A model generated the notes under the pieces. The model made no database searches. It had not been told where the DNA came from and was given only the letters and a program-made list of their open reading frames with translations. The position numbers and the translations under genes were made by a program. A DNA stretch of 64,000 nt from Pecten maximus (taxonomy: Eukaryota): the NCBI RefSeq assembly GCF_902652985.1, contig NC_047023.1, positions 33,108,001 to 33,172,000 on the forward strand, given 5' to 3'. How positions within the stretch are numbered: the stretch's first letter is position 1; each line of letters begins with the position of its first letter. Shown piece after piece: positions 41,673 through 55,100 of the stretch.

Positions 41673-43119
41673 ACACTGTCTAATGTCACATTTCTCTTTA
41701 TATCATGTTTTCTGATATGTGGTATAAAGAGGAGTGTACATGTATGAGTGCGAGTATTCTGCTATGTCACTATTTTGATTACCTTTGTGTCTTAATTAAA
41801 TTAACATTTTACTGAATATCACCATCTTAGTTCAGCTATAGTATTCTATAGCTATTGTATTTCTTGGAGAGGATCTTACTGGGTTTTAGACATTAAATGC
41901 AACACATTCACAGGATTAAAATTGTGTGTAAATCTTACGGTATAATTATAGTGATAATGAAACCACAAAGAAGTGTAATATAGTACTATTGATATGTCAA
42001 CCATAATGAATCAAATAATTACATAATATGAAGAATAATTGATAATGTGTATAGAATATTCTAAGGTCATACCAAATTAAAACGTTTTGTTCTTTTGGTC
42101 AATTTGAAGATTGTTACAATTAATGCATTCCTTCTTAGCAAAAAAATTGAAATTGCTTCAAGCCAATCAGAGGCTTTGGTGGCCATCTTGAATTTCAAAT
42201 GGATCCAAAGATTAACAATCGCAAAGTCCTGAATCTTTCAGAAGATGATATGACAAAAGTGTGCTGGTAATACTTCACAAGAAAAAAAAAAACACTTCTG
42301 ACATAGTAGTGTACAGAAATGTATCATCAGCTCCATTGAACTAGGAAAAATTCAGAAAAAGCCCAAAAACAAAGATGTGTTAATTTGGTGTGGCTTAATT
42401 TACTGGGGAAGCAACTGAGTACATAATAATGACAGTTATTATATATACATGTATATAGTAAAATTGTTGTGAAAATCTCTGTGCCCAGCAAATGTACATG
42501 TATATATATATTGCACACAATAAATACATTCTAAATAAAAAAACCAATCTGGCCAAATTCAGAACTACATACATATGGTATACTGAATGCTGTATATCCA
42601 TTTATAAAAGCGTAACATTATATTTGTGACATATATGATTTTGATATCAAATATTGCATAGATACAGTCCATAATTAAAGAGCCATAAAGCTTTCCATGT
42701 TTCCCCCAGTTGGTACAAATGTACATTGTCAAGCCAGTAGGGCAGGTTTCTGTTGAACATTTTGCCATCCACTTATTGTTTAAAGAAGAGTTTTTCTTTC
42801 TATTCAACAGCCATCCAACCTTTCCACAAAAGAGAGAGTTTAGCTGATATATATTAAAACACATGATTACCATGGCCTACTCTTCAGTGTGATGAACAAT
42901 CACCTCTATCCTACTTAATCTGATTTCCTGTTCATAAGAATTTGAAATCAAACAGATTTGTACTATTTTAGCTGATATCTATTACACACATCATCACCAG
43001 CCATGAGTTTACAAAGTGTCGTCCAGCCACCAGAGGCTATCCATTCCTTACAACACCTGGTTAATGACCAGCAGACAAATGTCCTGTGGTCACTGGTGGT
43101 CACTGGTGGTCACTGGTCC

Positions 43120-46100
43120 TCACTGTGGAGCTTTCCTTCTCCAGATCTTTAGTCTTACTTCACCTTCGTCCAGGAATTTGAGGTGTTGCCAGGCCTCCGA
43201 GTGCCTCATCTCTGTGATATCCTCTCCATTCACCTCACGGATTTCATCCTTGACTATCAACTGGCCACACTTGTCTGCCGGTCCATCTAAACAGGCAAAA
43301 GGAAGACTTAAAAATCACCAAAATTCTAAACAGATGAATCAAGTACAGTCTAGAGCCCATGAAATCCTACTCAGGTAGGGTGTGGACTTATTGCAGGTCA
43401 GCATTTTTGACTAGACTTGTAACAATAGACATTGTTTGGCTTATAACAGGTTTATTGTTAATATCTTTTCTGATGAAATATTTATTTCCAACATTTTTTT
43501 TTTCAAAATAAAAGTGATTCGCTAGGAAAGTACAATCCTGATATCTGTCAGATAAATACGAGGGCTGATTGATAAGTTGTCAGCCTCATATTGAAGGATT
43601 TGAATTTTGCCGGACATATTGTATTATTTTTCAACATAATCCCCTTCAGTATCTATTAGGATTAGGGTTAGGGTTAAGGTGCCTGATATAGCTGTTTTCA
43701 GTTTTGGAAATAGATGAAAGTCTGATGGAGTGAGATCAGGTGAATAAGGCGGATGCTCAATCAATTTAAAGCCACAATCGTGAATGGCAGCCATGGCAAT
43801 GACAGACTCTTTCACCCTAACCGATTTTGTCCATTTTGCAAAAGCCGCGTGTCTTGTTTACATTAGAGTGCTACCTCTTCGATATAAACTAACCAAATAA
43901 GACCAGTCCTTGGGTACACAGCCCTATATAGTCAGTGAATAGTAGGACTTAAAAAGAACATCCTTGAGTACCTTGTTCAATACGAGGCTCACAACTTATC
44001 AATCAGCCCTCGTATATAAACACTGAATGTAAAACATCACATGAGAATAAAATAATTAAACAAATTCCTACTTTTGATGATCCTTCTGATGGTGAGGGGC
44101 ATGTCCCCCCGGGGTGAGGCCTTGCCCCCTTCAATAAGGAAGCCCAGACCGGTCACTCCTTTGGTCATGACCACATCAAACTCCTCTTTGTCTGCATCAT
44201 CTATAGGGTCATCAAACACCGGCATCTGAAAGAAGGTCCTGTCTGAAAATACAGAGATCACAGCATCGCAACGATTAACTTAGTTTTTATATGACCTCAT
44301 AAACAAAACATTAAAATCCATTACAGATTATCTACGCAGAGACAATTTACAGGGAAACCTCTTCTAGAGACCTGTGTTAAAATACCATCTCTATTTAAAC
44401 GTCACCTGTGTTAAAATACGTACCATCTCTATTTAAAGGTCACCTGTGTTTAAGAGACCGTCTCTATTTTAAGGTCACCTATGTTAAGAGAACATCTCTA
44501 TTTAAAGGACAACTGCTTTAAGAGACTGTCTCTATTTAAAGGTCACCTATGTTAAGAGACCAACTAAGTTAAAAGTCCACCTGTGTTAAAAGACCTATTT
44601 AAAAGTAATTTGTCTTTGAGAGTGACAATGATGGTCTATAAATACATATGACCTAGATGTAGTTTGGATGCATATAACATATATTATATTAGTATATTCA
44701 TTGTCAAGGCAAAATACATCATACAAACCTGGCTGAACTTTGACCTTAGAATTTTCAACATCTGGAACTACAGGGACTGATGGTGAGGTAGCGACCTCTG
44801 GTGGTGGTGAGGTGGTGACCCCTGGTGGTGGTGTGCTTGTGACTTCTGGTAGTGGAGAGGTGGTGACCCCTGGTGGTGGAGAGGTGGTGACCCCTGGTGG
44901 TGGTGAGCTGCTGACCTCTGGTGGTGGGTAGCTGTTGACCTCCGGTGGTGGGGAGGTGGCGACCCCTGGTGAGTCATTGACCTCAGATGGTGGTTCAATC
45001 ACATTGACCATTGACCTTTTGTTGGTGACATCCATTAACTTATTTTCTGTCTGATCAACATTTCCTATATCATCAGGGACAAGAGCTTCCTGAAACTCCA
45101 GTTCTGGATTTGGCACAACTTGTTCACAGGAATTAACTGTATCTATAAACTCTGAAGTATTTAACCTGTCAGATTTAGATATCACTAGTACAACATGAGA
45201 GGAGCTGGTATTATTTAAATTGTCCATAACATCCTCCATTTTGTCAGCAGTAAGGGACTCTCCATTGACCGACAGTAGGACATCACCAGAGACAACACGG
45301 CCATCCTTCCCAGCCAGGCTGTCCCTATCCACACTGGACACCTGATTCAAAAACAAAATCAATTCCATTAATTTTATCATGCACATTTTTTCATTATAGA
45401 GATTTATCGAAGTATGCATGACTACAGGTACTATAAGGTGACCTTTGCAAAAATTTTTTTAAAATGTTTTCATTGCATTTATATTGTGTTTTGTTATCTT
45501 CATTTCTCATCAAACTAGAGATAACATCTCTCAATTTTCATGTTAACCTATGTAAAAGGGTAATAAATCTTAGGACAATAGCAATAGTTTCAGTGTTAGC
45601 CCCCTGAGTGTCCATCTCCTGAGTTCCAGTGCCCCGTGTCAGTCCCTTAGAGTCAATCTTCTGAGTGTCAGTGCCATAAGAGTCAACCCCCCTGCATGAA
45701 TATTAGTTCTAGAGCATCAGCTCTCTGATCTTGAGATTATATAGATATAGTCCCATGAGTGTCTCGGTGCCCCGAGTATCAGCCTGTTAGTGTCAATCTC
45801 CTGTCCCCCTTTCCTCCGAGTATCAGCACCAAACCCTCTGAGCCCACAAGTGTTGGCCTCCCTGAGTGTCAGGTGTCAGCCCCCTTCCCCCTTTCCTCCC
45901 AGTAACAGTACCAACTCCCCTGAGCCCACCTGTGTTGGCCCCCATAATGTCAGTACCCAGAGTGTCAGGTGTCAGCCCCCTTCTCCCTTTCCTCCCAGTA
46001 ACAGTACCAACTCCCCTGAGCCCACCAGTGTTGGCCCCATAATGTCAGTACCCAGAGTGTCAGGTGTCAGCCCCCTTCCCCCCCAGTAACAGTACCAACT

Positions 46101-49100
46101 CCCCTGAGCCCACCTGTGTTGGCCCCCATAATGTCAGTACCCAGAGTGTCAGGTGTCAGACCCCTTCCCCTTTCCTCCCAGTAACAGTACCAACTCCCCT
46201 GAGCCCACCAGTGTTGGCCCCAATAATGTCAGTACCCAGAGTGTCAGGTGTCAGCCCCCTTCTCCCTTTTGTCCCAGTAACAGTACCAACTCCCTCTGAG
46301 CCCACAAGTGTTGGCCCCCATAATGTCAGTACTCAGAGTGTCAGGTGTCAGCCCCCTTCCCCCATTCCTCCCAGTAACAGTACCAACTCCCCTGAGCCCA
46401 CAAGTGTTGGCCCCCATAATGTCAGTACTCAGAGTGTCAGGTGTCAGCCACCTTCTCCCTTTCCTCCCAGTAACAGTACCAACTCCCCTGAGCCCACCAG
46501 TGTTGGCCCCATAAAGTCAGTACTCAGAGTGTCAGGTGTCAGCCACCTTCCCCCCATTCCTCCCAGTAACAGTACCAACTCCCCTGAGCCCACCAGTGTT
46601 GGCCCCATAATGTCAGTACCCAGAGTGTCAGGTGTCAGCCCCCTTCCCCCTTTCCTCCCAGTAACAGTACCAACTCCCCTGAGCCCACCAGTGTTGGCCC
46701 CCATAATGTCAGTACCCAGAGTGTCAGGTGTCAGACCCCTTCCCCTTTCCTCCCAGTAACAGTACCAACTCCCCTGAGCCCACCAGTGTTGGCCCCCATA
46801 ATGTCAGTACCCAGAGTGTCAGCCCCCTTCCCCCTTTCCTCCCAGTAACAGTACCAACTCCCCTGAGCCCACCAGTGTTGGCCCAATAATATCAGTACCC
46901 AGAGTGTCAGGTGTCAGACCCCTTCCCCTTTCCTCCCAGTAACAGTACCAACTCCCCTGAGCCCACCAGTGTTGGCCCCATAATGTCAGTACCCAGAGTG
47001 TCAGGTGTCAGCCCCCTTCCCCCATTCCTCCCAGTATCAGCACCAACTCCCATGAGCCCACCAGTGTTGGCCCCTGTAGTTTCAGTACCCAGAGTGTCAG
47101 ATGTCAGCCCCCTTCCCCCTTTCCTCCCAGTAACAGTAACAACTCCCCTGAGCCCACCAGTGTTGGCCCCATAATGTCAGTACCCAGTGTCAGGTGTCAG
47201 CCCCTTTCCTCCCAGTAACAGTACCAACTCCCCTGAGCCCACCAGTGTTGGCCCCATAATGTCAGTACCCAGAGTGTCAGGTGTCAGCCCCCTGAATGTC
47301 AGTCTGCTGTGGTTCAGTAACCTGAGGAGCAGTCCTGAAAATGTGAATTTCGATTAGGGAAAACATACAGAAAAGGCATAACAAGAATTAATATATTGAA
47401 AATAAAAAGATTCCAAATGGTAAAACAAAACAAACAAACACAAAATGTCAATTCCAAAGCATATACTGGGGGATAAATAAAAAATAAACCATAAAATTAA
47501 TATGACTGTGGCCCGTCAATATTTTACAGCTGATGATTATTTGTAACTTCTTCTCATCATGAGTATGATAATAGTGATGGTGAAATTGTATAACAAATAA
47601 TATAAAATGTCATATTACAATTTATTTTGATATCAGAATAAATTGTGTATGAGGTAAATGTAATGATTAATGATATATATATATATATATGATAATGGGG
47701 TTTTATGTGAAGTACTCATTAATAATACATTGTATGATAAAAATGGGATTGTGTGTAATGTTAGTATGATAATCATATGATCTGAATTAGTAGTTGTTAG
47801 GTGCAAACTACAGGAATCAATTCTCTTTTGTTAATCTTGAGGTATATGGCACACGGTACATGTATATGTTTTTTTTATACATTTATTCCTATTTGCAAAA
47901 ATTAGATGTACACTTTTGTATCCTAGTATTGGCGACCCAAAATGTAGCATGTACCCTTTGTGTTAGAGGGACATTCCACACAAGTTGGACAATTTTTGGC
48001 TGTTGAATCTGTATACCTTTTAAGAACTAATTATATAATGACTTTAAAACTATTGTCAGCATCAAAATATATCTTTCCTGTGGTCAATTTGGAATTGGGA
48101 TTACCCCTGGTCAATACAAAATTAGACTGCATATTAATAGAGCGCATTGGGGAATCCGAAACTGAAGAGTAACAGGATCATAGATTTTAGGTGAAGTATT
48201 GGGTAAATATATATAAGTGTGTAAACTGAATGCAGTTCACTTAAAGGTTTTGCTCAGATTACATTTTCTACAGGCTTACAACTTGCTGATTTTTAAATTT
48301 AGTATACACAAACCTGTTGTGACACAATCAGGGTCGAGCGAATGTTTAAAAAGATCATGCATACAGTTTTTAATTTGTACAAATGTTATATAGCTAGATA
48401 AATTATAATATAAAATTTGTATAAATTGAATACTGTATGTTAGTTTATATGGTAAATTGTGGCTTGTAATTTTCATAAGAACATGAGCACATATTTTTTT
48501 TTAAAAAGCATCATATGAAATCCTTTATATTTTTATATCTTTATTTAGAAACAAAATTCTCTATTCTGAGATGTGTGTCCGCATGTGATGCCGAGATTTG
48601 TGTAACTGTAAACACTATTTTGTTGACTCGTAGGAATATCTGAGGGCAGCCTCCAGAGATCTGTATCTTTATACCCTAATACTTAATCTGGGGACTAGGA
48701 ATGTCTGTAACGTTTGACAATGTTTTATGTACTAGATATGTCTGATGTCTGTCGATGGCGATGATGAGAGAAATGAGATGAGATGATGAGTCAATACTCA
48801 TACATACCACGGCCTCTTGGTGCTCTCCGATGGTCAGTCTCACACCGATGGACATTGTAGCGTCATGTCGATGTAGGATAATCACAACAATTTCATCATC
48901 AAGAGATAATCCTGTCTGATCCATGACATCGTTGGCACTATCCAGTAAAATGGCAAGGTTTTCTGAACTCATTATAGATTCATCTAGAGTAGCGTCCGAG
49001 CTGATGGAACCTTTCACGTAAGCTACATTTAATTCCTGAGGCCCGGTCAGAACTGACCATCGTCGCTTACTTCTCACATGTAAGGAGTCATTATCGGAGA

Positions 49101-52100
49101 AATCATTAAGACTGTTGGGAGATTTGATATCAGTAATTCCATTCCCTGCAGTTTGATGACCATATGAAAAATTTATCTGATCTTCAGATGCTTGGAGCAC
49201 TTTAAAACCGTCATGGAAGTTTTCTTGAAATGGGGAGTTACCTCCCTTTCTTTGATTTTCAGCATTGTCAACACAAAAAACAATATCATTACTATCTAAA
49301 GTGTTATCCAGAGTGGACAGATTAACAGGTTCTTTATGTACATCATTACCTACAAAATTTCCATCACCTTCAACACCATTCACAGTATTTTCATTGAAAT
49401 GAATGGCTGATTTTTCACTTTGATCACCTGGATGACCTTGGGATCCAGGAGAAACCTGTTGGTAAAAAACAGAGTCGTAACTACTGTTGTCCACACTATT
49501 AGAGTCTATGAGCATGCTTCCATGTAATTGTGGTTGTGAATCTACGATCATATCCGGGCATGCATTTGATGAGGGTGTTACTCCACTTAACAACAAAGCT
49601 TTTGATTCTTGCATGCAATTTGCAGGCGACACACCATCAATGATAGCATTAGTATTTACATCATTGGGTAAATCCACCAATGAAGATTGACCACCAACAT
49701 TATTAATATCTTCATTCACATCACCAAAATTTGTCTTGTCACTATCAGGAACCACAACATCAATGTCATCTACTGAGCTTTCTGTCAATAGGTCCATCAG
49801 GGGAAAGGATGGAGGAATGGAAGGAGGAAGAGAAGGAGGGATGGAGGGAGGAAGAGAAGGAGGAATGGAGGGAGGAAGAGAAGGAGGAATGGAGGGAGGA
49901 AGAGAAGGAGGAATGGAGGGAGGAAGAGAAGGAGGGATGGAGGGAGGAATAGAAGGAGGGATTGAGGGAGGGAGGACTGGTTTATCGCAACTAGAGTCTT
50001 TAATCAAATCTTGTGAATGCTGAATGTCAAGTTCTTGGTCCCTTAACATTTCCTTAGCAATGGTTGTAGGCACAGCTGGAAGGTGCTGAGAAGGTTCATC
50101 CTCCCCCACATCACTGAGAATGTCCTCTAACATATCCTTAGCGATACTCAATGCTACTGGCATGGTACTTTGGGGAGGGAGGGGAGGACTGTCATCTTCA
50201 CTGTCAGCATCACAAACATCATCAGTTTGGTCAAATTTATCATCCTTGGTGTTATGTGGCAAGCTCTTGTCTGTCAGAAATGGTTTAGTAGTGTTGTCTT
50301 CATGCAAAACCTCAACCGAAGCGTCAAGCATAGGCCAAGCCTTACCTTCACCATTGTCCTCCGATTCTGGTACATGTGCCACAGTACAAACCACTTCCTG
50401 TGAAATTTCATCTCTCACTTCCTGTTTTTCCTGTTTGTTGACATCAGGAAGACAGTCAGTCCTAGCATGCAGCACATCAACAACATTTATTTCACTTTCC
50501 ACATGCGCCTTATTTACAACACTGATGACATCTGCTTCCACAGACATGGTGGGTGGGGACTCGACACTATGTGCAGATTGTGGCGTTACAACATCAATGT
50601 CAAGTGCAGTTGTGTCAGAATGTGTCTCGTCATTCTTACCTGGCTGTGAAGGCATTGTTGGTCGCAGAAATTCTGTGGCATTTTCTGCTGCTGCCTTTGT
50701 AGCAGGAGCTGCAATCTGAGAAGATTTTGTAAACAAATCAAATTGACAAGACTCTTTGTTTTTACGTGGACTAAGAGCAGAATTGACTTTTCTTGGTGAG
50801 ATCTTCAATGCATCCTTTTCTGTGGGTGATGCCAACTTTGGAGAGATTGGTCCAGAAAGACTTTGTCTTGGTGAGGAGGGCTCATGAAGAGATTTAGGTT
50901 TAGCAGACAAGACATAGTCCACATGACCAGATGGAATCAATCTTGGTTCTTGATCATCCTGACCAGATCTTGGAGGACTGGTTCTCAAGTTGGGACCACC
51001 AATGGAGGTGAATATCACAGTATCAATAGGCCCAGAGGGATCTACATCCTTACTTGCCTTCTCTGTTGGTGGAACATTTTTCTTGGCTGCCACATGACTA
51101 CTTGGAGTGGAATATGAAGATCCCATTTCTGTAACACTAGACCTCTCATATGTCCTAACTTTCCCGGCTGCTGAGCCTACATACCCACCCATCGAGGGCC
51201 TTGCAGTGGCAATGGGCTCTGGTTTTGAAGGCTTGTCCAATCTAGGTTTAGGAGCAATAGGAGGTGGCCCTTTCCGTACAACTGAATCTGACGTAATTCT
51301 GGTTTCCGTATTTGCAGATTTTGGAGCATCATCCCTAGATGCAGGCCTTGGCACTTCCTCCCTAGAGGCAGATTTTGATATGTCTGCCCTTGGTAACGGT
51401 CTTGGCATTTCTTCCCTAGATGTGGACTTTGGTATGTCCTCCCTAGGTGCAGGTTTCGGTACCTCTGGTTTTGCCATTTCGGGTTCATGGCTGTTAGTAA
51501 TTATAGTAGTCTGAAGCTTATTACTGATGGTTGGCTCTATTCTATCTGCCACCTGATTACCCAGGGAGGTTGAAGATATATGTTTGGTAGGTTCAGAGGA
51601 GGTTACAACTGTCCTAGGGGTTACCTTAGGCCCAGAGGGTTTGACTGGGATCAGGGGAGATGGAGAGACCTTTGACACCACATGTTGGGTTGATTTTGCT
51701 GTGTCCACATCTTCTGGTTTGTTGGCAGGCTCTTTAGAATCTGAAATAGACCAATATCCAGGAATTAATTGTTTGAAAACACATCAATATTTAAGGATTG
51801 AACTTCATGATGAAATGATCTATTAAACAGTAGTATTCTCACCCATAACCATTTAAAGTGCCCTACTAGGTTCCAATGAACTTTATGTAAATTGAGGAGG
51901 GAGGTTGATTTTGGAAAATTTGAAATTATTCAACATTATACTTAAACAAAGGGCAAAGAAATCCAATGGAAAATAAAATACTTACGTTATGTAATATAAA
52001 AAATTAACTTTATTAAATCTTTGAAGTGGTCAACATACATCAAACTTCATCAGTAACTACTTGATTTTTTGATTACCTCCTCTTGGATTGCTGTAGTCAG

Positions 52101-55100
52101 CACTAGGTGGAGTTGCTGAGGCGATAATTTTGGCGAGGCCGCGGGGTAGGAGTCGGAGGATCTGCTGGACCTTGCTGTCATGGAGACCAGTCAGCTCGGT
52201 GTTGTTGATAGCCAGGATGTAATCTCCAGTCCTGTCGTAGGTAAATCACAATTAATAATTTTATTTGTCACAATAATGGCAGCAGTAGGTGTCATTACCT
52301 ACAATTTATAATAATCAACAACATCATGTTATTAAAGTAAGAATAAATGTAGAGACAAATCAGGGTTTAAAAGGGTCTTTTTTCACAGCATTGAAATTCC
52401 TGAACAACTACATGTACTGTAATACAGTAATTAGTCAAATGCTGATGTGTGTTATTCAATTCAAAGAATGCAGTTTGCTGCTTAAAAAAACCTCAAAGCA
52501 AAATATATTCCAGAGAAGAGAGTTTCCTAAAACATACATGATGTTTTTTAATGCCCCAATTCTTGATTGCATATAGATGGAAACAAATTCCACTGTTAAT
52601 GGTTTATCCCTTTTGTAAGTTTTCAAGAATTAATAGGCTCAATAAGGTGATATTGAGGAGAATAAATGTGGAAACAAATAACTTTTTTTTCATTTCTTTC
52701 AAAAACAGTTTTACAATTAAATAAAACTATCAATATTTATCAAACAGGGACCATATGTCATACATCATTAAACAGCTTATCGAATGAGGGGTGAGACCTA
52801 GATCTACTCCTGTTCACTCGACCATATGACCCCCTTTAGGTATATCCTGAATATATACTCATGAATTGACAACTTATAGTGACTTCATTCATAGTTACAC
52901 AGTCCTGGTTAAATCTACACCCTATTGTTCTGGCTGCTCAAAGGTTAGTTAACTTGAACAAGTTGGTGAAAATATTCATTTCTTATCACTATTAGGAATT
53001 TTAAAAATCAACAAAAATAATTTTATTTTGTGCGAAAGCTTATAATGTATGAACTTACTGTATCTGTACTTATATCCATGGTATATGATTTGTATTTTGT
53101 CAAGTTTGGATGTCTTACTATTCCCATGTTAAACTATACAAAACTTTGTATTGGTTTTGTTTATAAACATATACTAATTAAAGGTTAACCAATTATAACA
53201 ATGCCTAGGGAATGTTGGGAATTTCTCAGCTGATAACCCCTGGTGTCTTTATGGTGATTATCTGTCCTGATAATCACATCTTCCCACAGGTCACTGGCAC
53301 CTTACATCCAGCTTTCATCTATACCAGATAGACTGTGAAGATTTGTTCCGCCTCATTAAACATATTTAATGCAAACATATTTTCACCAATAATTTCAGCC
53401 TAGCCCATTTTTTACAACTGTATGGGAAATGTTCTTTAGTTTAGATAGCCATAAAATAATGATCGTTAAACAAAATAAAGGAATATTCACACAAAAAAAT
53501 TATTCAGGAATTTTTAATTTTACGACCTATAAGCCTCAGTGACTTTCACAAAAACATCAGATGGATGGGAACAAGTAGAGTTTGAGATAAATTTTGCATA
53601 ATTATTTTGTCAAAGTACACATGTATCATAAAATTAATGTTGGCAGAAAAAATCCAGCATTTCTTCCCTTCATCATATCTGGTCTGATATCAGATCAATT
53701 TGGACTCTACATGTATAATTCATCATCCTGGTAAAAACAACATTAGCTGCTTCCTTACAGAATTGTCTAAGGAGAATTTGAAAACTCTTCCTTTGGTATG
53801 ATGGTGTTGTCTCATATCATCAAGGTAAAAACTACAGCAGCTGCTTTCTACCAAATTACGCAAAAAAAAAAAAAAAGTATAAAATTCAGACATTTTTTCA
53901 ACCTCAACTTTTTTTGCCAGACAAAATCATGATGTTGAAATTTTCATATTCAATGTATGAAGACTTTGCATTTACAAATGTAGCTCAATTTCCTTCAAAG
54001 CAAGAACTGGAGCATAAATTATATACATTATGTACTGGGAATGTTTCAGAAAATTTCTTCAGATTCTGGTATGATTTACCAAAAAGAAAAAGTGAAAAAC
54101 AGTATTTAGATATGATGAGTATTTTGTTGACACATTTTGTTTAAAAATTAAAATAATGTATTCAACTTCGGGATAACCGGTACATTTTATATAGGTTTCA
54201 TGATATCGGTACCAACATCTTACTTTGGGATAACCAAGTTTTTCGAATTATCCGAGTTTTGAATTAACAGAGTACTAAGAAAAAGAAGGATTTTGGCCGG
54301 GACCGGAATAATATACTTTGAGTTAGATGGGGTCTTCGAGTTATCCGAGTTCGAGTTAATGAAGTTTGACTGTATTCAAATAGTAAGATGTCATCATTTA
54401 ATTCTAAAAAAAAGTAATAATTATCTCTTAGATTATTATTGATGAAAAATCTGTTTTCCTTTTTACACCTTGACAATAGAGCTATTATAGAAAGCGTATT
54501 CATGACACAGGCACTTCATTTTCTTCAGCATATACCTTCACCTAATTATCACACAAGTAAAATTTTGCCTTCTTTAGTATTTAAACCCTTGGAGAACTAA
54601 ACAGCCTTTCCCAGGATGTGACCTGTAATGACACGGACCCTTTGTATCAGGTTGTGAAGTGTGTATGATATTTTGTACAAGACCTGTGTCACAGGATGAA
54701 TGGAACACAAAAAGGTCTAATCTCCCCTACATACAACATGTCAGCAATGTCACCCTATACTAAGCCACATCCATTCTGTTGACTTGGTGAAAACAGTCGG
54801 CCTTAAGACTTTCAATAAACAGGATGTCGCTCATAGGGATCATCCTTTCTCTTATCAATAAACTTGTGGTGAATTTCTACAACGATATAAATTTTTCTGG
54901 ACAGGAAATAATGAAATGAATGTAGACAAACTTTATTATTTTGGATCTACATTATAATCCAGGCTGACAGAAAAAATGATAAAAAATATCGGGGTATGAC
55001 AGGGTACGTAGCAATTGTGTTCTCGGGTAAATAATGTCCTATGTCACAACCAAATGCAACAGCTGTTTACTTTACCATGATCAATTGACAGTACACTATC

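Noticed and set aside
43624-43815. 63-aa ORF as a functional transposase
   Set aside because: Only the YSPDL region remains; the DNA-binding domain and most of the catalytic domain are deleted.
44221-44227. Alternative acceptor tttcag|ATGCCG in the PDZ gene
   Set aside because: It is phase 0 relative to the PDZ frame but the upstream exon ends in phase 1; the acceptor giving exon start 44242 fits.
45790-47174. Pro/Ser-rich mucin-like ORFs, and similar ORFs at 30594-31904, 55223-55935 and 61384-62220
   Set aside because: Minisatellite translations with frame-shifting unit lengths or antisense/intronic position; no splice support.
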